From: Alphaproteobacteria bacterium
Lineage (GTDB): Bacteria; Pseudomonadota; Alphaproteobacteria; GCA-2746255
Assembly: GCA_965249135.1 (NCBI GenBank)
Contig: OZ252220.1
Location: 1,024,001-1,088,000, forward strand
DNA: 64,000 nucleotides
Reading direction: 5' to 3'
Part shown: positions 37,782 to 47,713 of the stretch, in pieces
Layout of the letters: each line of letters starts with the position of its first letter
Position numbering within the stretch: the first letter of the stretch is position 1
Translations under genes and position numbers: made by a program
Notes under the pieces: model-generated
What the model saw: only the letters and a program-made list of their open reading frames with translations
Database searches by the model: none
Told to the model about the DNA's origin: nothing

Positions 37782-38186
37782 GTCTGATTACCAGTTCATT
37801 TGCTTCGCCATAATCGCATCATGGTGCTGATGTACATCAATGTACATTGATGCGCTTGCTGCCTAATGGGGAGTTAAGTATATAATTCCCAAATCAAAGA
37901 CACCCATGTTGTCAGACGCCAAAATGCGAAGACGCACTTGCGGACGGACCGCGATGGCAGGAAAAGCAACAACCTCGATTACATGGCTGGCGGCGGCTAA
38001 AGCCAGTAGGTGAAGCGCGGCTTCATAACGCGTTCATTCCTGTAATCGTCGAGATTCCGGTACAGGTTGGCCGTTATGGAGCCGTCTTCATCGTCCCGGA
38101 ATATTTCGCTCGCGATATAAATTTTATCGTCCAAGACGACGAGATAATCATAGTTTCTCAGCATCATCGCGGTGCTTCGTTTGCGC

Positions 38187-38708
38187 TTAGGCTTTTTTTG
38201 CGGCTTCGGTGAGGGCATCGGTTTTTTGCTTCGAGCCGGCCGAAGATCCGAAATAGTAGCCGACCACGTCCTTGACCATCCAGCCAAGCGCGCCAAGCAA
38301 GACCAAGAACGGCTTCTCTACTCCGGCAGGCAGCGGAATGAATACCAAAGTGAACATGATCCCGAAGAAGCCGGCGATGATCATCGTCCCCATGGCGGCC
38401 GGCGTCCGGTCCTTGACTTTTATTTCACGCCTGCGGGCGCTGTCGCGGTCCTTCATGGCAATCTCTTCGAGCTTGACGCCGGCGTTCTTCATCTCGATGG
38501 CAAACTTGTGATCGGCCTCTCGGATCTTGAGCGCGATCTCCGGGCCGCCGCTCTGGATGGCTGCCGCAAGATCATCCTCGCTTGCGTTCTCATCGCCGAG
38601 GAGTTCCCTGGCCAAGGTCTTGACCGCCATACCAGCAAGCGGGCCTCCGAAGACTGTAGCGATACCTGGCGCGATTTCGCCAACAATCGACTTCCAATCG
38701 AAATCCAT
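38187..38708 (-). CDS. Holin-like membrane protein
   Basis: APGIATVFGGPLAG, DRDSAR.RE, two TM helices, VGYYFGSSAGS. Confidence 0.8.
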   Translation of the reverse strand: MDFDWKSIVGEIAPGIATVFGGPLAGMAVKTLARELLGDENASEDDLAAAIQSGGPEIALKIREADHKFAIEMKNAGVKLEEIAMKDRDSARRREIKVKDRTPAAMGTMIIAGFFGIMFTLVFIPLPAGVEKPFLVLLGALGWMVKDVVGYYFGSSAGSKQKTDALTEAAKKA

Positions 38709-38711
38709 TTC

Positions 38712-39122
38712 CTAACCCTCCAGGATTAGGCCGGCGGCGCGCGTGGCGCGTTCGCCGACCTGTACGGCCCAGCGGCTGTTAAGCGCCTCCGCCGCTGCGT
38801 CTTCGAAATCTCCCAGCTCCATGGCGCCAAGCATCTTCTTGAACTGAGACAAGCGGGGCCAGCCAAGGTTGAGGCACATGTTCCTGAGCGCCCGCTGCCG
38901 CGGTTCGCTCATTTTCGTCCACCAGGGGACGTTCCCGTTCAGGTTGCGCCGTACTTCTTCGAGATCGTTCCCGAGCAAGACCAGCGCTTCTGCTTCGGTG
39001 ATCCCCCTGTCGTCCAGGTTCCTGCCGATGCCGATGGTGAGCTTGCCGGCCGTGTCCCGGTAAGGATGCAGCCGAAGCCCTTCGTCACGGATGAGGTCTT
39101 TGACGATTTCTTCCATCGTCAA
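38712..39122 (-). CDS. Phage lysozyme (T4-like endolysin)
   Basis: DEGLRLHPYRDTAGKLTIGIGRNL; SRWAVQVGERA. Confidence 0.92.
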   Translation of the reverse strand: MTMEEIVKDLIRDEGLRLHPYRDTAGKLTIGIGRNLDDRGITEAEALVLLGNDLEEVRRNLNGNVPWWTKMSEPRQRALRNMCLNLGWPRLSQFKKMLGAMELGDFEDAAAEALNSRWAVQVGERATRAAGLILEG

Positions 39123-39469
39123 AACCCCTTAAGCATCGCTGCCATGACCGGGTGGAGGAGCGGGACAAGATGGGTAGTTCCCATATCCAGCATCAAGACC
39201 ACCAGGATCCCGTAGACGGCGGCTTTAAGTGATCTGTTGGATTTTGAGTTGTCCGCCAACGTGGCGAAGATCGAGCGCAGGATGAGAACCAAGGCGTTAT
39301 AGCGATCCGTGCAGCGGGACGCATGCAGCGCAGGGTCGTCTATCTCGCGCGGGTCGAACTTGAGCGCCTCAAAATAATCGGCCTCACTGTGGTCATGGGG
39401 CGCCATGGGTTCACGGCCCTCCTGGGGTGCGTTGAGACCAGCGTTCCTTAAGCCTTTGGCCATAATCAC
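39119..39469 (-). CDS. Hypothetical protein with C-terminal TM
   Basis: Coupled to lysozyme. Confidence 0.55.
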   Translation of the reverse strand: MIMAKGLRNAGLNAPQEGREPMAPHDHSEADYFEALKFDPREIDDPALHASRCTDRYNALVLILRSIFATLADNSKSNRSLKAAVYGILVVLMLDMGTTHLVPLLHPVMAAMLKGF

Positions 39470-39582
39470 GTCTCATCCTTTTCTCAGCCATTGCGCGCCT
39501 CCTTGGGGTGTGTAGTGGTTAGGCCCTGGTCCTTGTTCACGCAGGGACCGGGGCTGCCGGCGTAATTGCTTCATGGAACATC

Positions 39583-40353
39583 TCAGGCAACGGCCCCCTT
39601 CAGTTGCGCCGGGCCGGGCGTGCCACTCGCCCATTCGAGGGTGCCGCCTTCTTTTTTGACTGCAATGCCGGCGTTCCCGCCTGACCCGCCGCCGCCATCA
39701 CCGGATTGACCGGAAGCTCCAGCCGCCCCAGGTGCCCCGCCAACGCCGCCATTTCCAGCGTTCCCTGGCCCAGACCCGCCAGCCCCGCCGGCCGTTTCCG
39801 TGCCTGCAGCGCCATTCGTGCCGCCTATGCTGGCGCCCGCCCCGCCGGCACCTGCATCTCGTCCAGCACCTCCGCCTGACCCGCCGCCGCCTTTCGTATC
39901 GTTGCCGCCACCGCCAGCACCAGCGGCGCCACCTCCGGCAAAGATCCCGCCAGATGAATTGACCTCGATGATCCAATAGTGGCCGCCAAGGCCGATGGCA
40001 TCGCCACCGTTGCCGCCTGAACTGCCAGGTAGCGCGCCGGTCCCGAATTTGCCGCCGCCGCCCGCCGCGCCCAGACCGCCCTTGCCACGAATGCCGCTCC
40101 CATCGCCGACATTGAGAGAAATGATCGTGCCGGGCGGCAGCGTCCCTGACTTGAGTGCTGCGGTCAGAACGTCCGCCGAATAGATGTCGGCGTTGCTGGA
40201 AAGCGTCAGCTCGAGCAGGGCCTTGGCGGTGCCGTCCCATGCCGTGTTCGTTTCGAACAGGCTCTCGATGGTCTGGTTCGCTGCGCCGGACGAGAGCGTG
40301 TAGGAATAGATGGGCAGCGTCTGCGAGATGATGGGAATGCGGGTGAGCAGCAT
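39583..40353 (-). CDS. Glycine-rich tail adhesin-like protein
   Basis: Polyglycine tracts; follows tail fibre gene. Confidence 0.7.
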   Translation of the reverse strand: MLLTRIPIISQTLPIYSYTLSSGAANQTIESLFETNTAWDGTAKALLELTLSSNADIYSADVLTAALKSGTLPPGTIISLNVGDGSGIRGKGGLGAAGGGGKFGTGALPGSSGGNGGDAIGLGGHYWIIEVNSSGGIFAGGGAAGAGGGGNDTKGGGGSGGGAGRDAGAGGAGASIGGTNGAAGTETAGGAGGSGPGNAGNGGVGGAPGAAGASGQSGDGGGGSGGNAGIAVKKEGGTLEWASGTPGPAQLKGAVA

Positions 40354-41213
40354 CAGGCGGACAGATCCCCGCCGAGCCACCACACATTCTGGGACCCTGC
40401 GGACTTTTTCACGACGCCGATTGCACTATGTTGGGCGGTAGTTTTTACACTCGACGACTTACTCTCGATCGTGTCCGATCCTTCGGTCACAACGGTGATC
40501 TGGCCGGTGCCGGCCTGGACGATGGTGCAGTTGAACCCAGCGTTAAGGGCCAGCGTCGAAGTCTCGGGGAGGGTGACGGTGACCGCCGAAGAAGACGTAA
40601 AGAAGATCATGGCGCCATTGTCGGCCGCCGCCAGCGGGCGCGCCGCCGCCGCGTCTGTAACGGCCAGCGCGTTGAACTGCGAAAGCTCATCGTCATCGCC
40701 GATGATAATGCCGCTGTCCTGAAGCGTCTTGCCGCCGGTGCCGTTGAAGCGGGCGATCCCATTGTCCGTCGAGCTTGCCGGCCCCGCCGCCGCATCCACC
40801 TGGTTCGCGTTGGCGCTGATGAGCTGCCACCAGTCGTTCACCGCATCGAAGATGAAGATGGCCTTCTGGCCGGCGGCGAGATCCCCTGCAGCAAGCGCCG
40901 AATTGAAGCCCTTGCGGATGTCCTTCGCGCCGATTGCACCGGCGTTCAGGGTCGCCGCGCCGGTGACGGTGGCATTCACTTCGGCGGCGACCATAAGCCC
41001 GTCATAGTAAGCGGGTATTGTCTGGTTCAACGCGACGGCCAGCGTGTTAGCTGCCCCGGTCGCAATCAGGCTGCCGTTGATGTCCTTGTGCCAGCGGGCG
41101 AGCAGCCCCTCGAGCGCCCGGGCGCCATTGTTCACGGTCGACGGGTTCTGATTCTCAGGGAAACGCGCCGTGTTGGACGCATCCGTTACGTCGAGATCGT
41201 TGATCTCTGCCAT
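40353..41213 (-). CDS. Tail fibre protein
   Basis: PENQNPSTVNNGAR, GAATLN, GPASSTDNGIARFNGTGG, IVQAGTGQITV, WWLGGDL. Confidence 0.8.
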   Translation of the reverse strand: MAEINDLDVTDASNTARFPENQNPSTVNNGARALEGLLARWHKDINGSLIATGAANTLAVALNQTIPAYYDGLMVAAEVNATVTGAATLNAGAIGAKDIRKGFNSALAAGDLAAGQKAIFIFDAVNDWWQLISANANQVDAAAGPASSTDNGIARFNGTGGKTLQDSGIIIGDDDELSQFNALAVTDAAAARPLAAADNGAMIFFTSSSAVTVTLPETSTLALNAGFNCTIVQAGTGQITVVTEGSDTIESKSSSVKTTAQHSAIGVVKKSAGSQNVWWLGGDLSA

Positions 41214-41294
41214 CGGTCACTCCTGATTTTTGGCAAGAAAAAACCCGCCGGAGCGGGGTCGTTTTAGAAAAGACTGTTAAGGCGGGGGCGGGCC

Positions 41295-41438
41295 ATGGCC
41301 GCCCAAGGTCTGGCGTTCGCCTATCGCCGGTATTCCGATTTATACGTCGCTACCGAGGAATCCGCGGAAGCTGCCGGCGCCGGAGTCTGGTCCGAAGACG
41401 TGGCACCGCCTTGGGAATGGCGGAAGAAAAACCGCTAG
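41295..41438 (+). pseudogene. Thermonuclease (SNase) C-terminal fragment
   Basis: GLAFAYRRYS..Y...E..A.AAGAGVW...PPWEWR. Confidence 0.7.
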
Positions 41439-41666
41439 GGCTCTGTGGTGATCGACCAAAGAATTGCCACCGCTCCTAGTTGCATCGCATCGGCCTCATC
41501 TTCGAACCAGACACATGGGTCTGAGACCTCGATTCGCATCCGTCCCATGAGCCCGGAATACCATCGGAACCCTGGGTCTTCGTCTTCTTCGTCTAGCCTG
41601 TCGTAGCCGAAGAGCCCTAGATGTTCGAGGTTTTCTGGCGGGATCCTGGCCCAAGGCATGGCTGGA

Positions 41667-42005
41667 TTAGGCGCACGCGGGCGCGGTGGCAACGCGTACA
41701 GTACCCCCAAATTTCGGCCGGAGGCCCCTAATTGACCTGAGCGCCTCAACGGGAATCGCCGGCGGGACCGTGATTAAATTAAGCGTCTCGAGTTCAAGGC
41801 TATAGAAACGCCTAGCGTAGGAGACGATCGTCTCCCGCACCACTTCCTCGATTTCTGGAATGCTGGCTCGCTCGAAGCAAAACCAAGGCTCCGATTTGGT
41901 GAAGGCAAGATACCGCTCGCTATCTTCGCCGCATTCGGCAAGATTGATTGCGAGCGCGCCTAGCTTACGCCCCAGCTCTTCCTTGCGTTGCTCTAGCGTG
42001 TCCAT
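41667..42005 (-). CDS. Hypothetical protein
   Basis: RBS GAGGAG; followed by small ORF 41435-41659. Confidence 0.5.
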   Translation of the reverse strand: MDTLEQRKEELGRKLGALAINLAECGEDSERYLAFTKSEPWFCFERASIPEIEEVVRETIVSYARRFYSLELETLNLITVPPAIPVEALRSIRGLRPKFGGTVRVATAPACA

Positions 42006-42244
42006 CGCAGTTCTCCTCTGCTGAGCTCTGCAAATGGAAAGTAACGGTACAACCCCTTAAAATTCCTTAAGAAGCTGTTTCTTCGCCGTTCGCCTCCCCC
42101 CGCAGCGGCTCACCTCACAATATGACTGCTTCGACCAACCAGGACAAGTGCCCTATGGACGGCCCGGATCTGCGCCCGGCTCAAGGTCCAGGCCCGATGT
42201 GTTGCCCGGTGGACCCCTTGGTGTGCCAGCTCCCTCAGCGGCGA

Positions 42245-42529
42245 TCACCTAGAGATCGCAAGGCAGCGTATTTCCGCGCTTGGAGAATCTTTCTGAGACC
42301 GCACGCAGGTATGATAGGGGGAGAAATAAATCAATATTGCGGCGGTTCCGATGATTGCCGCAGCAAGAATGAGGGCAATTTTAATCGGATCGCCCATGTC
42401 TAAAAACTGCTTTTCTTTTAGATGCCAGATGAATTTTCTAAGCAGGAACAAAGCCCCTGCAATCAGGGCTAGAAACGAAACAAACAGGATAAAGTAGAAT
42501 CCAGCCTCAAATATACCCGCCATCGTCAA
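42245..42529 (-). CDS. Small membrane protein
   Basis: Two hydrophobic helices; C-terminal YFSPYHTCVR...C. Confidence 0.5.
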   Translation of the reverse strand: MTMAGIFEAGFYFILFVSFLALIAGALFLLRKFIWHLKEKQFLDMGDPIKIALILAAAIIGTAAILIYFSPYHTCVRSQKDSPSAEIRCLAISR

Positions 42530-42738
42530 AGTCTCGGCTTACAAATTCCTTGACACGTCCTGTCGTGTCCGTCAGCCGTCGATTTTCCTGCCGATCCACA
42601 TCAGCGCGCGGCCATATCCAAAAAACACGGCTGCCAAGATCGGCACACCGATAAGAAAGAGCATGAACCCAACGGCCACGTCGGGATTGACCAGCGCGGC
42701 GATGAAGAAAACCGATAGGCCGACGGAATACTTTCTTC

Positions 42739-45700
42739 TTACCGTTTCCTTACCGAAACGCTGCTCTTCTTTGCGTATTCCTGACGCTCTTTTATCAACC
42801 TCTTGACCCATTCCCGATACTGCCCCGTCAGATCCCGCCGGTCTTCCGGCGAGAGGTTCTTGTTTCGAAGGACGGACCGCATGCGCTGATCCGCTTCCTT
42901 GATCTCGAAATCCATCCAGCGGAGGTTTCGCTGGCGCTGTTTGGCGGGCTCGACCGGGTAGACGTTAAGGCCGAAAAGCCGGCTTGTCGACTGCCCCTCC
43001 GTGAGCAGCGGATCGCCATATCGGTTCACATCGCCTTTGATGGTGCGGAGCATGTGGCCGGCAAATCCGCGATCCGTCAGCCAGGAAGGCGCTCCCAGTG
43101 TGTAGATGAAGTTCAGCGCCGCCTTCAGGCGAATGGAAGGCGGGTCCGATTCGTTCCAGATCTTGCGCTTCGTGAATGGGTCGATGCCGGTCGAGATCGC
43201 CATGATGATCTGGGGGATCGGGCCGCCAAAGAGGCCGGTGTTCGAGAATACGTCCTGAACGTCGCCGCGCTCGATAGCCGAATAAGTTTCCGAGAAAAGG
43301 CTCCACGGCATCATGTAGCCGAAGTTCAGATACTGCCAGCGGCCATGCTCGTCCTTCCACGGCAGGAGGTAGACGCTGCCCTGGTCGCGCAGCCATTCCG
43401 GAAGCGCAAGCTTCAACGCCTCCCAGTCCTTGTCGTCGATATCCCAGTCTTCCTGCACCGCCTCGGCGAGCGCATAGGGAAGCACGACGTAGGGCACATA
43501 CCGCCACGGCGCCGTCACCGCCGTCTCGATTATGCGGGGAGCGACCTTGTAGTAAAACGTTAAAAACGGAACCCCGACCGCCGAATTGCGCGCGTAGCGC
43601 ACCGCTGGCGGAATCAAGCTGTAATCGAAGACCGCTTCGTGGGCCTCGATGGCTGCCTGCTCCGCCGTCTTCCCGTTCGCCTCCATCTCGTATCTGATCT
43701 TGGCGGTTTTGTTCAGGCCTTCGCTCAACTGGTAGAGATCCCCCGCCTTCCCGGCGATGACGCCGGCCATGTGCCTCATCAGAGCCAAGGGGTGGCCGCC
43801 CTTTGCCTGGGCGCGGGTAAGCGCCGTATTCATTCGGACCAGCTCATTGGCCGAGAAGGAAGCCGCCGTCACACCGTACTGCTTGGCGATCTTCCAGTAT
43901 TTCCCGTTTTTCGCCATGTCGGCGCCGGCCTGCACCCAGAGGTCCGGAACCCGATGAAGGGGGACGCCGGAAATGTTCAGCAGAATTCCGTTCGAGATGA
44001 AGTTCCTGATCTGGGTCGGCGGGTTCAACGCCACCTTCGAAAGCTTCCACCATCGCGTGATCTTGGTGCCGACGCCGCCCTGGCCGAAGACGCTCTCGAA
44101 TACAGTCTCCGACTTCAAGGCCATGGCGCCGACCAGATCGTTGTAGATCTCCTTGCGGACATAGAGACCGCGCAACTCGCCGTACCGCTTCGAATCTGGG
44201 ATCTGCCTGTAGTCGTCCGGCACCCTGTTCATGGAAAGGAGTCTGGGCTCGACGATGGCGTCGATTTCCTTGGCTCGATTCTCGGCGACCACCTTTTGCT
44301 CCGGGTCCGAATAGTAGGGCAGCCGCGATTTGATCTCCGTAGCCTGGTCGTGCAGCCAGTGAATGGAAACCCGCTTTCCCTCCCATTCGACGACGTTCTC
44401 CGGGAAGACCCATTCCGGGTTCGAGGCGATCCCTTGCAGAAAATCGCTGATCGCCACGTCGCGCAACGGCTGGATAAAGCCGCGCGCCGCCAGATAGCCT
44501 GGGTCTTGGATCTCGCCAAGGATGGCGCGGTCTTCGGCCGAAATATTCTTCCGTTCCTTCAGATAGCCCTGCCGCGAAATTCTCTTATCGGACCCGGCCG
44601 AAGAAAGCGGCTCTTCAAGAATGTGCTTCAGATAAACCCGCGGCAGGTATTCGTCCTGGTATTTCTCGTAGGATTCCCTGGAAAGCAGGCCCTTGCTCAC
44701 CAGTATCTTGCCGACCCTGTCGATCATCCGCTTGGTGCCTACTGCGTGAGCGCGCACGTCGGGATCCTGGATGGCGGCCGGCTGCGCGCCTTTGGTCGTG
44801 AGGTACGCATAAGCTGCGCGCTTATCCCCTTCGCTGGCGTTATCGAAGACCATGGACATTTTCTTACCGATCTCTTCGACCTTCGTGATCCGGCCAAGGG
44901 TGCGGTAGCGCGGCCCAAGATAGGCCTTCTGCTCTGGCAGTCTGCCAAGCGCCCCGTACCAGCCGAAATAACGGTCTGCGATCTGGCCGTACTTCTGTTT
45001 GGCGGCTTCCGTAAAGGCCTGAAGCGGGCCTATGGCCCTTGCGATTTTAGGCCCTTCCCCGCCCCCTTCCTGGGGAGGCTTGAAACCAGCCTTGTCCGGC
45101 ACCGCCGGCACACTTATATTAGGGTTAGGCTCCGCTCCCTCGGCGGCCTGTATACCCAAGGGCTTCCGTGCGTAGGGTTGGCTAGGGTTAACCCCTTCCT
45201 TCCCACCGGGGCCACCTTCCACAATCTCATAGCCGGACAGCACCCAGGTCTCGCGGTCGCCGTGGCGGTAGAGCGAGAGAATGGCCTTGTTGCCTCGATA
45301 AACGATGTTGGCTCGACGGGCATTTGGCGGGCCGGAAAGCCGGGCCAGTTTTCCCCTGGCGAGCGTTTCCGGCAAAACCTCGCGCACGAATTGCTGCCCG
45401 TCGCCGCCTTCGAGATCGCGTCGGGCGATGATATGGGAAAGGCCCCATCCACCATCGAAGCTGCGTTCTGAATTCCCGGGCTCGCCATAGTCGATCGTGA
45501 TGCTGCCTAGGTCCGGCCGGCTCATTGCGTCTTGCACGGAAGTCTCGTCACGCAAAACCACATCCACGGCGGCGCGGCCCTTCGCGAATTCCGTGACGAA
45601 TGGGGCCTGCGGCTGCTCGCCTTTGGCCTCTCCCGTAACGTGTACGTTACCAGGAGTGGCCGTCTCCGCTTCGACGATGGGAACACTAGGACCAGACGAA

Positions 45701-46644
45701 GATGGGGCTTCTTCTGGCACTTGAGCAGGAGAAGTCCTTTCGCGCAGCCCTGCCACCGCGCCGCCAGTCCCGCTGATACCGCCACCAGAAAGGGCGCCTG
45801 CGATCGCGTTGTCGACAATCTGATCGAACCGCTCCCGTGTAGCGAACGCCCGGCCTGACATCTGGGATTGGGCGAACTGCGAGATCGTCTCCTGCAACCC
45901 TTCCGTGATGCCCTCCACCGTGAAGCCCCTAGCAGCCTCATTGGTGATCCGCTTGATGAGGGCCTCGCGAAGCCCTTTCTTTACGAAACTGCCGCCCACC
46001 TTTCCGAGACCGATCACATCCAGCGCCGCCATGGGGATTGCCGCGATGGTGGCGGCCAGCGCCACGTTCTTTCGTGAGATATTGCCGCTTGCGATCTCGG
46101 CTTGGAGTTCCTGTTTAAGGCCGGCGTGAACGTCGCCGAGATTCTGAATGTAGGAAGGGCCGGTAGCCCCCACCGCAAAGCCGATAATGGGATTCGCGGT
46201 GACAGCCGAAGTCGCCCCGCCAATAACGAGGCTTGGCGCCATCGAAGCGACGCCTTGGCCAAATTGAAAACCCGCATATCGGCCAACATCGCCGAGACTT
46301 TCGATGTCGCGGTAGGAAGGCACGTCGGCCTGGTATTTCTTGAGTTCGTCTTCGCCGAAGCCACGCACCCGCTCGCCGGCGTCGATCAACCACTGTTGGC
46401 CGGAAAGCACGCCAACCGCATCCAGCGCCTCGCCGGCCATGGTTGGGTTCGTGCCGATCATTCCACCGGTGAAACCCTTCATGAGTTCGCCGTCATCGTC
46501 CGGCGCGCGCCTTTTCTCCGGTCCTAGGATTTTAAGGCCGGCTTCCGGTGCCGGGCCTAAGATTCGAAGTTCCGGCTTTTTCTCCGGTCCTAGGATTTTA
46601 AGGCCGGCTTCCGGTGCCGGGCCTAAGATTCGAAGTTCCGGCAT
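42739..46644 (-). CDS. Large polyvalent virion/ejection protein (~1301 aa) with PBECR-like nuclease domain
   Basis: EGITEGLQE module; ITIDYG..GWGLSHII...WVLSGY domain; DYS..PFLTF and GIDPFT C-terminal region; start at MPELRI coupled to upstream stop. Confidence 0.75.
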   Translation of the reverse strand: MPELRILGPAPEAGLKILGPEKKPELRILGPAPEAGLKILGPEKRRAPDDDGELMKGFTGGMIGTNPTMAGEALDAVGVLSGQQWLIDAGERVRGFGEDELKKYQADVPSYRDIESLGDVGRYAGFQFGQGVASMAPSLVIGGATSAVTANPIIGFAVGATGPSYIQNLGDVHAGLKQELQAEIASGNISRKNVALAATIAAIPMAALDVIGLGKVGGSFVKKGLREALIKRITNEAARGFTVEGITEGLQETISQFAQSQMSGRAFATRERFDQIVDNAIAGALSGGGISGTGGAVAGLRERTSPAQVPEEAPSSSGPSVPIVEAETATPGNVHVTGEAKGEQPQAPFVTEFAKGRAAVDVVLRDETSVQDAMSRPDLGSITIDYGEPGNSERSFDGGWGLSHIIARRDLEGGDGQQFVREVLPETLARGKLARLSGPPNARRANIVYRGNKAILSLYRHGDRETWVLSGYEIVEGGPGGKEGVNPSQPYARKPLGIQAAEGAEPNPNISVPAVPDKAGFKPPQEGGGEGPKIARAIGPLQAFTEAAKQKYGQIADRYFGWYGALGRLPEQKAYLGPRYRTLGRITKVEEIGKKMSMVFDNASEGDKRAAYAYLTTKGAQPAAIQDPDVRAHAVGTKRMIDRVGKILVSKGLLSRESYEKYQDEYLPRVYLKHILEEPLSSAGSDKRISRQGYLKERKNISAEDRAILGEIQDPGYLAARGFIQPLRDVAISDFLQGIASNPEWVFPENVVEWEGKRVSIHWLHDQATEIKSRLPYYSDPEQKVVAENRAKEIDAIVEPRLLSMNRVPDDYRQIPDSKRYGELRGLYVRKEIYNDLVGAMALKSETVFESVFGQGGVGTKITRWWKLSKVALNPPTQIRNFISNGILLNISGVPLHRVPDLWVQAGADMAKNGKYWKIAKQYGVTAASFSANELVRMNTALTRAQAKGGHPLALMRHMAGVIAGKAGDLYQLSEGLNKTAKIRYEMEANGKTAEQAAIEAHEAVFDYSLIPPAVRYARNSAVGVPFLTFYYKVAPRIIETAVTAPWRYVPYVVLPYALAEAVQEDWDIDDKDWEALKLALPEWLRDQGSVYLLPWKDEHGRWQYLNFGYMMPWSLFSETYSAIERGDVQDVFSNTGLFGGPIPQIIMAISTGIDPFTKRKIWNESDPPSIRLKAALNFIYTLGAPSWLTDRGFAGHMLRTIKGDVNRYGDPLLTEGQSTSRLFGLNVYPVEPAKQRQRNLRWMDFEIKEADQRMRSVLRNKNLSPEDRRDLTGQYREWVKRLIKERQEYAKKSSVSVRKR
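46512..46642 (-). repeat. 66-bp tandem duplication at the gene start
   Basis: PELRILGPAPEAGLKILGPEK twice. Confidence 0.85.
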
Positions 46645-47704
46645 TACCTGCCGGCCCGGAAGGACTGACCGGTCTGCGGGTCGCGAACCGTGACCGTGCC
46701 GTCGGGATGCTCGGTGACCACCTCGTATGCTTTGCCCTGGATGGTGACCGTGTTTGCCTGGGAGGCTTTCGGCTGGTTGGGACCGCCACCGATTCCGAAG
46801 GGCTTGCGCATCGTCATGGCGTCGAGAAGCCCCCTCATTGAGAATTCCGGCTTGGCGGTCGTCTGGCCTGTGGCAGCCTCTCCCGTTGACCCCGCAATAC
46901 CCGGTTCCATAAGCCCCCCACCACCGCCGCCTTCCGGCGAAGTGGCCCTCATGCCGGGCAGCGTCCATGTCGGAAAAATATCCTGGGTCATCTGGAGCGC
47001 CGTCAGCTTCGCTTCCTCCTGTGGCGTGTACGCTTTAAGCAGGGTGTTCAGCGTATCCTGATACAAGCCGACGGGACCCTTGTGTGGCGACTGGTTCGCC
47101 TTGGCGAGCGCGGCTTCCCAAGAAAGGCCGAGATGCTTCTGGTAAGCAGCGGCCATCTTGAGCTTTGCTGGGTCCGCGCCTTCGGTGCCTGGCATCTTGG
47201 GCCCGCCAAGCGGCATATATTTCCCAGCGGCAGAATCCCATTGAACGTATTGCTCGCGGCCATCTTCTCCGTAAATTTTCTTCACTTCCGGTGCGCCCGC
47301 TGACGCGAAGAGCGAAAGGGCAGCACTTGGGTAAGCCTCAAGGGCGGCTCCCTGGATGCCCGGGTCCATGAGGCTGCCGCCGCCCTTCAGGTGGCCTGCA
47401 ACTTGAGCGCGGGCACCGCGCTTGGACCGGATGCCGCGAATCCGCTCGAGCGCGCTTTCCATCTTCATCTGGTTCGACATGCCCATCTCACGGGCCTGGA
47501 CGAAGTTCTGCAATCCCTCGCCGAACGCCTGACCGGTTGATCGTGGCGTAAGCGACGGACCGCTGTTCTTCAAAAGCCCGGCCGCCATCGCCAGAAGCGC
47601 CTGGGAGTTCACGTTCCGGCTGGTGTTCGGCCGGCTGGGATTCGGGTTGACGCCATCGCCATAAGGGTTCTGCTGGCCGCGTTCAAAGATGTCGAAGAAC
47701 CCAT
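46644..47704 (-). pseudogene. Ejection protein, apparent 1-bp frameshift after the start codon
   Basis: AGGAGG..ATG GG TTC TTC GAC: ATG is out of frame with FFDIFER...ALLAMAAGLL. Confidence 0.55.
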
Positions 47705-47713
47705 CGCGCCCTC

